From Octopus bimaculoides (lineage: Eukaryota): a stretch of 64,000 bases of DNA. A model generated the notes under the pieces. It saw only the letters and a program-made list of their open reading frames with translations, was not told the origin of the DNA and did no database searches. Below are positions 61,008 to 64,000 of this stretch, one piece after another (within the stretch, counting starts at the first letter, position 1; each line of letters starts with the position of its first letter). Both the position numbers and the translations under genes were made by a program. Location: contig NC_068991.1 of the NCBI RefSeq assembly GCF_001194135.2, forward strand, positions 7,816,030-7,880,029. The letters are read 5' to 3'.

Positions 61008-63472
61008 ATGAAAGTTTACCTAATGTAATGGAACTAGAGAACCTCATGGAATATATAACAGACAAAATAAGACTGATAATTAATATGTATAATTAGAACA
61101 GTAAAATGGAACTCCAAGTTTTAGTGGGGGCAGGGTTGTATTGAGAGCAGTGGCTTAATGCCAAGTGATGAGAGGTTAAAGTATGATAGAGAGAGACAGA
61201 AGCAGGTGTCTGGCTGTAGAGGAGACACATGGTTACTCAGTTGGAAAAGAAAGAGGATAATGGTGAAGAGGTGACATGGTGTCAATACTTACCTATATTC
61301 TAGAATAGGTTTTGGGAGAGTGAGTGGAGATGGTGGTGGAACATAAGCTAATTCCCGACGAATCTTCCTCATTTCCAGAGCTTCGTTTATGTACTGGAAA
61401 TACACAATATTTCAATGAAGATTTTTTTTGGTTTTATTTATTACAACTTCACAAAAAAAAAAACATTTTCAATCTTTCATCTTTTACTTGTTTCAATCAT
61501 TGGAGAGCAGTCATGCTAGGGGACCATTTTGGAACAGTTTAGTCAAACAAATCAACCTCAGTACTTAATTCTCTTTTTAAGCTTGGTGCTTATACTATCA
61601 GTGTCTTTTGCCAAACTGCTAAGTTACAGCGACATAATCAAACCAACACCAACTAACAAGCAATGGGGGAGGGTAACAAATACACATATAATGAGCTTCC
61701 ATGCAGTTTCTGTCAACCAAATCCACTCACAAATCATTAATTGGCCCACAGTTATAGTAAAAAACACTTGCCTGAGATGCCATGCAGTGGGATCGAACCC
61801 AAAACCATGAGCTTGCAAAGCGGGCTTTTTAACCACACAGCCATGCCTGTGCCAGTGTTTGGGTATCTTGCTAATAATATTGAGTTTTTATTCTTTTATT
61901 TGCTTCAGTCATTTGATTGTGGCCAAGCTGGAGCACCGCCTTTAGTCGAAGAAATCGACCCTAGGACTTGTTCTTTGTAAATCTAGTATTTATTCTAATG
62001 GTCTCTTTTGCTGAACTGCTAAGTTATAGGGACGTAAACACACCATCTTTCTTAATAATAATTATTAAAAACATAAAAGAATGAAAACAAACTAATAATG
62101 CCTGTTCCTCACCTCATTCTTTTCTTCTTTGTCAGCATGAGTCATCAGCACCAGAGGATCACTGAAGAATACATTTTAGAATTTAAATCAGGCAAAAAAA
62201 AAAAAAAAAAAAAAAGAGGGAACAAACAAAACACTGACAATAGTGGAGTTGCTAAGAGAGAAAGTAAAATGCTGCAAAACATCGAATATTTACCAGTTAG
62301 CAAAGAACATCTTGGACTCCATTCGCAAAGAAGGTTGTTCTGAAAATATTTGATCTCGAAAAGAAATTGCTTTCATGTATTCTGCATCTTTTTCAAGAGC
62401 AGACCCAATATATTTCAGACAAGCTGCAAAGAGAGAAATTGACTGGTAATGTTTGTGGTCCTTGCAGTGGATAATGGGGCATAATAATAATAAGTTTCCT
62501 GTCATCTTAGAGAGAGTTCTAGAGAAATGTCAAGTCATCATCATCATCATCATCATCATATAGCATCCGTCTTCCATGCTGGCATGGGTTGGACAGTTTC
62601 AAAGGATTCAGAGAGCCGCAGGACTGTGCCAAGTTCTAGTGTCAGCTCTGGAATGGTTTCCACAGCTGGATGCCCTTCCAAATGCCAACTACTTCACAGT
62701 GTATACTGGCTCCTTTTTATGTGGCACCAACTCTTGTGACGTTGCTAAGTAACTTGTAAGACATAAAAAGGACAGGGAAAAGAGGAAAGGAGGGAAAACT
62801 CCCACTTAGGGTGGAAGGGGAAAGTATTAGAGGAGGGGCAGGTGGCTTTATGCCAAGGGTCAGAAGATAGAAGGACAAACAAGGCAAAGACTGGAGAAAG
62901 CATTGCAGTGTTTTGTACATAGACCTGAAGTGATTAGTTAGAGCAGGAGTTTGGGGAATTGAGATACTGGGGTGCCACCTAGAAGAATTTTTAGCTGAAT
63001 GAATTGACCTCAGTTCTTCATTAAAAAAAAAAAAAATTTTAAGCCTGCTACTTGTTTTATTGGGCTCTTTTGCTGAACTGCCAAGTTACAAAGATGCAAA
63101 CACAAAAACACTGTAAATCAAGATGTGGTGGGAGACAAAAAGACACACACACGCTTGTGTGTGTGATGGGCTTCTTTCAGTTTCCATCTTTCAAATCCAC
63201 TCACAAGGCTTTGGTCAGTCTCAGGCTATAATAGAAGACACTTGCCCAAGGAACCATGCAGTGGGACTGAACCCAGAATCATGTGGTTATGAAGCAAATT
63301 TCATAAGAACATCCAGAGTAAGAATTTTAATGGAAACACAAAAAATATCAAATTTCTCTAAATATGATTAAAAAAACACAAACAAATACTTACTCCAATA
63401 ATCATTCAATACATAGAGGGATGTGATCAGGTGGTCCATGCATGGCCAATGGTTTTTGTTGCAATTAAGACC
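18493..63472 (-). CDS. CABIN1: Calcineurin-binding protein Cabin1, multi-exon gene (35 exons traced; 5' exons outside window; 2-3 internal exons probably in N-gaps)
   Basis: Spliced translation follows human CABIN1 collinearly: [117 protein letters not shown] boundaries and matching phases. Confidence 0.96.
21163..21353. mobile_element. piggyBac-like MITE
   Basis: TTAACCC ... AATGCTAAAGGGTTAA ends, TTAA on both sides. Confidence 0.8.
22516..23071. mobile_element. Palindromic non-autonomous mariner derivative
   Basis: ~226-bp inverted arms (22516-22741, 22846-23071) with CGAGGGTGAGTCAAAAAG ends in a (TA)n site; minus strand encodes decayed transposase C-terminus [13 protein letters not shown]...KKWLKEQ. 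Confidence 0.9.
25372..25900. repeat. GA-rich purine minisatellite (GAGAGAGGTGGAGGGA-like units)
   Basis: ~530 bp almost free of pyrimidines on the + strand; accounts for ORFs 25187-25980. Confidence 0.95.
26851..27204 (-). CDS. CABIN1: Probable Cabin1 penultimate exon ([14 protein letters not shown]...LTSDVQ), low complexity
   Basis: tctacag / gtgcgt, 354 nt open frame, phase 0 to 0, GC-richer than flanks; no homology recognised. Confidence 0.7.
29850..30742 (-). mobile_element. 5'-truncated RTE-clade LINE (ORF2 C-terminus, 3' UTR, (GAT)n tail)
   Basis: ORF 30487-30723 [14 protein letters not shown]...GRGRPRKTW is the typical RTE C-terminus; (CAT)n at 29850; spans an N-gap. Confidence 0.9.
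30891..31018. mobile_element. Tc1/mariner-type MITE
   Basis: Perfect 28-bp TIRs CAGGGTGTCCACAAAGTCTGGGTACATG (30893-30920, 30989-31016) with TA duplication on both sides. Confidence 0.92.
31812..31977 (-). CDS. CABIN1: Cabin1 exon ([18 protein letters not shown]...[14 protein letters not shown])
   Basis: atttcag / gtatac, 166 nt; matches human KYLRDADR and LLDAYRVWQQG. Confidence 0.93.
32456..32640 (+). mobile_element. SINE family 1, 5' half
   Basis: AGGCGCAGGAGTGGCTGTGTGG head through to the (TA)n. Confidence 0.8.
32844..33579. other. Assembly gap (N-run)
   Basis: Other N-runs: 9683-9946, 23093-23599, 28860-29506, 30078-30409, 39759-39768, 41917-42333, 49192-49466, 53052-53407. Confidence 0.99.
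34588..34698 (-). CDS. CABIN1: Cabin1 exon ([15 protein letters not shown]...[16 protein letters not shown])
   Basis: atttcag / gtttgt, 111 nt; matches human NLQWARDVLLG...PAQGLFCERNKTNFFN. Confidence 0.94.
36470..37481 (-). CDS. CABIN1: Cabin1 large exon (Ser/Thr/Asp-rich linker ending ...[26 protein letters not shown])
   Basis: tttgtag / gtatgt, 1012 nt open frame, phase 2 to 0; end matches human CLSRFPQHYKSLYRLA. Confidence 0.94.
38202..38385 (-). mobile_element. RTE-type LINE ORF2 fragment
   Basis: Translates [32 protein letters not shown]...[10 protein letters not shown], typical of the region just after RT. Confidence 0.8.
38672..38823 (-). CDS. CABIN1: Cabin1 exon ([11 protein letters not shown]...[19 protein letters not shown])
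   Basis: gtatcag / gtaagc, 152 nt; matches human YFRLHASILK...EAAEGPFA. Confidence 0.93.
39256..39348 (-). CDS. CABIN1: Cabin1 exon ([31 protein letters not shown])
   Basis: attccag / gtatgt, 93 nt; matches human [21 protein letters not shown]. Confidence 0.95.
40044..40256 (-). CDS. CABIN1: Cabin1 exon (MHWFPLNDE...[15 protein letters not shown]...HYKE)
   Basis: ttttag / gtaaaa, 213 nt; matches human EEWLIHYMLGKVAEK. Confidence 0.95.
40560..40815 (-). mobile_element. tRNA-derived SINE family 3
   Basis: GGTGCATGGCTCAGTGGTTAGAGCG head, GTGTTCTTGAGCAAGACAC core; sister copies at ~7960-8060, 12245-12400, 43030-43140. Confidence 0.7.
40826..41325 (+). mobile_element. SINE family 1 interrupted by an RTE 3'-tail insertion (~41140-41233)
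   Basis: SINE body resumes after the (CAT)n-GTTTAACGTCC insert. Confidence 0.75.
41350..41511 (-). CDS. CABIN1: Cabin1 exon ([11 protein letters not shown]...[22 protein letters not shown])
   Basis: tttacag / gtgaga, 162 nt; TPR; matches human [21 protein letters not shown]. Confidence 0.96.
42408..42628. mobile_element. piggyBac-like MITE
   Basis: Same family; AACCCTTTAG ... CTAAAGGGTTAA. Confidence 0.8.
42760..42871 (-). CDS. CABIN1: Cabin1 exon ([37 protein letters not shown])
   Basis: tttccag / gtaaat, 112 nt; strong match to human. Confidence 0.96.
43371..43433 (-). CDS. CABIN1: Cabin1 exon ([20 protein letters not shown])
   Basis: ttttag / gtaagt, 63 nt; matches human ELYYLLADYHFKNKEQ. 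Confidence 0.96.
43708..43792 (-). CDS. CABIN1: Cabin1 exon ([27 protein letters not shown])
   Basis: ttgtaag / gtacgt, 85 nt; matches human VSAYIEG. Confidence 0.92.
43905..44132. mobile_element. piggyBac-like MITE
   Basis: Same family; TTAACCATTTAGCA ... TGCTAAAAGGTTAA. Confidence 0.8.
44407..44461 (-). CDS. CABIN1: Cabin1 exon ([18 protein letters not shown])
   Basis: ttgaag / gtatat, 55 nt; matches human LANLLKRIATIVP. Confidence 0.9.
44863..44964 (-). CDS. CABIN1: Cabin1 exon ([34 protein letters not shown])
   Basis: atttcag / gtaaat, 102 nt; near-identical to human [19 protein letters not shown]. Confidence 0.96.
45205..45800 (-). mobile_element. Decayed non-LTR retrotransposon 3' end with restriction-like endonuclease (R4/NeSL-like)
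   Basis: Frameshifted: [68 protein letters not shown] (CCHC knuckle plus RLE motifs). Confidence 0.82.
45907..46114 (-). CDS. CABIN1: Cabin1 exon (HSWCTRSDG...[27 protein letters not shown])
   Basis: ttcccag / gtaaat, 208 nt; matches human [23 protein letters not shown]. Confidence 0.96.
46931..47047 (-). CDS. CABIN1: Cabin1 exon (EESKLHST...[15 protein letters not shown])
   Basis: tttacag / gtgagt, 117 nt; matches human SSLMLLNTAHEYLGR. Confidence 0.95.
47305..47570. mobile_element. Fold-back element, same family, with HHR-like cores at the hairpin axis
   Basis: Arms 47426-47497 and 47501-47568, 3-nt loop; CTATTGAAAAGGTTGCAAGACACAACGAAA motif in both arms. Confidence 0.65.
47575..47633 (-). 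pseudogene. 5'-truncated tRNA-Glu-like pseudogene or SINE head
   Basis: GTGGTTAGGATTCCTGG-CTTAAAC-CCAGG...GTTCGATTCCCGGCATGGGAA resembles tRNA-Glu(TTC); 5' acceptor strand missing, anticodon loop mutated. Confidence 0.65.
48182..48355 (-). CDS. CABIN1: Cabin1 exon (AILNEPSS...[14 protein letters not shown])
   Basis: tttgtag / gttagt, 174 nt; matches human NLIQVID...SVLPWIILHRII. Confidence 0.94.
49013..49137 (-). CDS. CABIN1: Cabin1 exon ([14 protein letters not shown]...QLFAGMDE)
   Basis: ttttcag / gttcgt, 125 nt, phase 0 to 2. Confidence 0.9.
49467..49852. repeat. 20-bp (CATATATATACATACACATA)n minisatellite followed by a GA-rich tract
   Basis: About seven units 49467-49620; GA tract ~49707-49852. 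Confidence 0.9.
50041..50127 (-). CDS. CABIN1: Cabin1 exon ([29 protein letters not shown])
   Basis: ttcacag / gtaagg, 87 nt; matches human SIPERPAQLLLLQDSL. Confidence 0.93.
50662..50831 (-). CDS. CABIN1: Cabin1 exon ([23 protein letters not shown]...TTSAE)
   Basis: atttcag / gtaagc, 170 nt; matches human LERCQSLEEIQRLYE. Confidence 0.94.
51021..51413 (-). mobile_element. SINE family 1, full length
   Basis: Reverse complement of the 11234-11636 type. Confidence 0.85.
51522..51790 (-). mobile_element. SINE family 2 (3' end duplicated at ~51750-51790)
   Basis: TTTTCTACTCTAGGCACAAGGCCC occurs twice. Other copies at ~2598-2812, 26305-26520, 35555-35790, 57985-58100, 59680-59845. Confidence 0.8.
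52008..52098 (-). CDS. CABIN1: Cabin1 exon ([30 protein letters not shown])
   Basis: tactcag / gtaagt, 91 nt; matches human IRLPNLHNDSVVS. Confidence 0.92.
52327..52397 (-). CDS. CABIN1: Cabin1 exon ([23 protein letters not shown])
   Basis: caaccag / gtgagt, 71 nt; matches human [22 protein letters not shown]. Confidence 0.94.
53823..53908 (-). CDS. CABIN1: Cabin1 exon ([17 protein letters not shown]...SSN)
   Basis: ttttcag / gtatgt, 86 nt; matches human MELQLDQWL. Confidence 0.93.
54888..54927 (-). CDS. CABIN1: Cabin1 exon ([13 protein letters not shown])
   Basis: cctttag / gtacgt, 40 nt, phase 2 to 0. Confidence 0.85.
55723..55800 (-). CDS. CABIN1: Cabin1 exon ([25 protein letters not shown])
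   Basis: gaacag / gtaaga, 78 nt, phase 2 to 2. Confidence 0.88.
56577..56727 (-). CDS. CABIN1: Cabin1 exon ([18 protein letters not shown]...[10 protein letters not shown]...GHLKW)
   Basis: tttctag / gtaagg, 151 nt; matches human FLLENLTNGGILELM. Confidence 0.94.
57815..57882 (-). CDS. CABIN1: Cabin1 exon ([22 protein letters not shown])
   Basis: cttaaag / gtaatt, 68 nt, phase 2 to 1 fits both neighbours. Confidence 0.83.
58143..58225 (-). CDS. CABIN1: Cabin1 exon ([27 protein letters not shown])
   Basis: ttggcag / gtaaat, 83 nt; matches human [24 protein letters not shown]. Confidence 0.95.
58350..58465 (-). CDS. CABIN1: Cabin1 exon ([12 protein letters not shown]...CKRRSAR)
   Basis: tgtgtag / gttggt, 116 nt; KRKR...KRRSAR basic motif as in human. 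Confidence 0.92.
58638..59113 (-). mobile_element. SINE family 1, full length
   Basis: Same head, core and tail. Further copies at ~1060-1215, 1830-2045, 10340-10490, 14320-14500, 31075-31560, 34340-34460, 40335-40520, 41610-41790, 61885-62043, 62985-63300, 63720-63890. Confidence 0.85.
59335..59587 (-). CDS. CABIN1: Cabin1 exon ([11 protein letters not shown]...SATN)
   Basis: ttttaag / gtaaga, 253 nt, phase 0 to 1; matches human SLGKRIDLSDY, then low complexity. Confidence 0.88.
59872..60420 (-). mobile_element. RTE-LINE 3' UTR fragment with internal ~67-bp tandem units
   Basis: (CAT)n-GTTTAACGTCC...CAGCTGGATGCCCTTCC signature. Similar pieces at ~986, 13090, 27780-28030, 35230, 46230-46700, 52500-52890, 54085, 56830-57060, 57425-57690, 62533, 63505. 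Confidence 0.8.
60701..60767 (-). CDS. CABIN1: Cabin1 exon ([22 protein letters not shown])
   Basis: atttcag / gtatgt, 67 nt; matches human WKCLGESLLAMY. Confidence 0.94.
61293..61393 (-). CDS. CABIN1: Cabin1 exon ([34 protein letters not shown])
   Basis: tttccag / gtaagt, 101 nt, phase 0 to 2; matches human IVDEALGLRKKR. Confidence 0.92.
61475..61852 (-). mobile_element. SINE family 1
   Basis: Head at 61852, tail at 61475. Confidence 0.8.
62113..62161 (-). CDS. CABIN1: Cabin1 exon ([16 protein letters not shown])
   Basis: ttcttcag / gtgagg, 49 nt, phase 2 to 0 bridges both neighbours. Confidence 0.88.
62294..62423 (-). CDS. CABIN1: Cabin1 exon ([16 protein letters not shown]...MFFANC)
   Basis: tttgcag / gtaaat, 130 nt, phase 1 to 2; TPR region. 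Confidence 0.94.
63394..63472 (-). CDS. CABIN1: Cabin1 exon ([26 protein letters not shown])
   Basis: tttag acceptor, gtaagt donor, phase 0 to 1; matches human [25 protein letters not shown]. Confidence 0.95.
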
Positions 63473-64000
63473 CTAAATTTTGAAAAAAAAGAGATTTATT
63501 AGTATTCATCATCATCATCATTTTAATGTCTACTTTTCTATGCTTGTATGGGTTGGATGAAATTTACTGAGGCAGATTTTATGCAACCAGATGCCTTTTT
63601 CATCACCAACCTGTACCTATTTCCCAAAAAAAGGTAATATTTTCCCATGGCCAGACATGTTTTTGCAGAATATTGGAAATGACATTCATTTAGAATATTC
63701 ACACAATGTCAAGACAAAGAGACACAAACATTACACACAAATGACAGGGTGGCTTTAGTTTCTGTCTACCAAATCCACTCACAAGGCTTTGGTTGGCCTG
63801 GGGATACAATAAAAGATACTTGCCCAAAGTGCCACACAGCAGGACTGAACCTGAAACCATATGGTTGGGAAGCAATTCTTAATCACACATGCACCTATGA
63901 AATTTATTAATATTACAGAATTTTAAAAAATTGAAAAATTGTATCTTATGCTAAGTCTTAAAATATTTGAAAAGATAAAAAACAGAATAGGAATTTTTGT

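Noticed and set aside
18493-63472. Minor (U12) or non-canonical introns
   Set aside because: All traced donors are ordinary GT types; no RTATCCTT donor was seen.
1-64000. CRISPR arrays, rRNA or prokaryotic systems
   Set aside because: Eukaryotic intron-rich DNA; the tandem repeats lack repeat-spacer structure.

Overview
AT-rich animal genomic DNA with nine N-gaps and many microsatellites. The repeat families look like those of an octopod cephalopod (inference). One protein-coding gene is supported: CABIN1 (calcineurin-binding protein / HIRA-complex subunit) on the minus strand. I traced 35 coding exons by hand, about 5.4 kb or roughly 1,810 codons, from 63472 down to the stop at 18493. All introns are GT-AG and phases match except across two N-gaps, where conserved exons are missing; a third gap probably hides another. 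The 5' end lies beyond the window. No coding gene is supported in 1-18.4 kb. The remainder is tRNA-derived SINEs, RTE-LINE 3' ends, an RLE-type LINE relic, and piggyBac-like and Tc1/mariner non-autonomous elements. The most unusual signal is a set of short elements carrying minimal hammerhead-ribozyme cores. One is fused behind a tRNA-like Pol III head, one family has a U3-A8 core variant, and they repeatedly sit in fold-back (inverted) arrangements. Human CABIN1 comparisons are from memory, and repeat boundaries are approximate.
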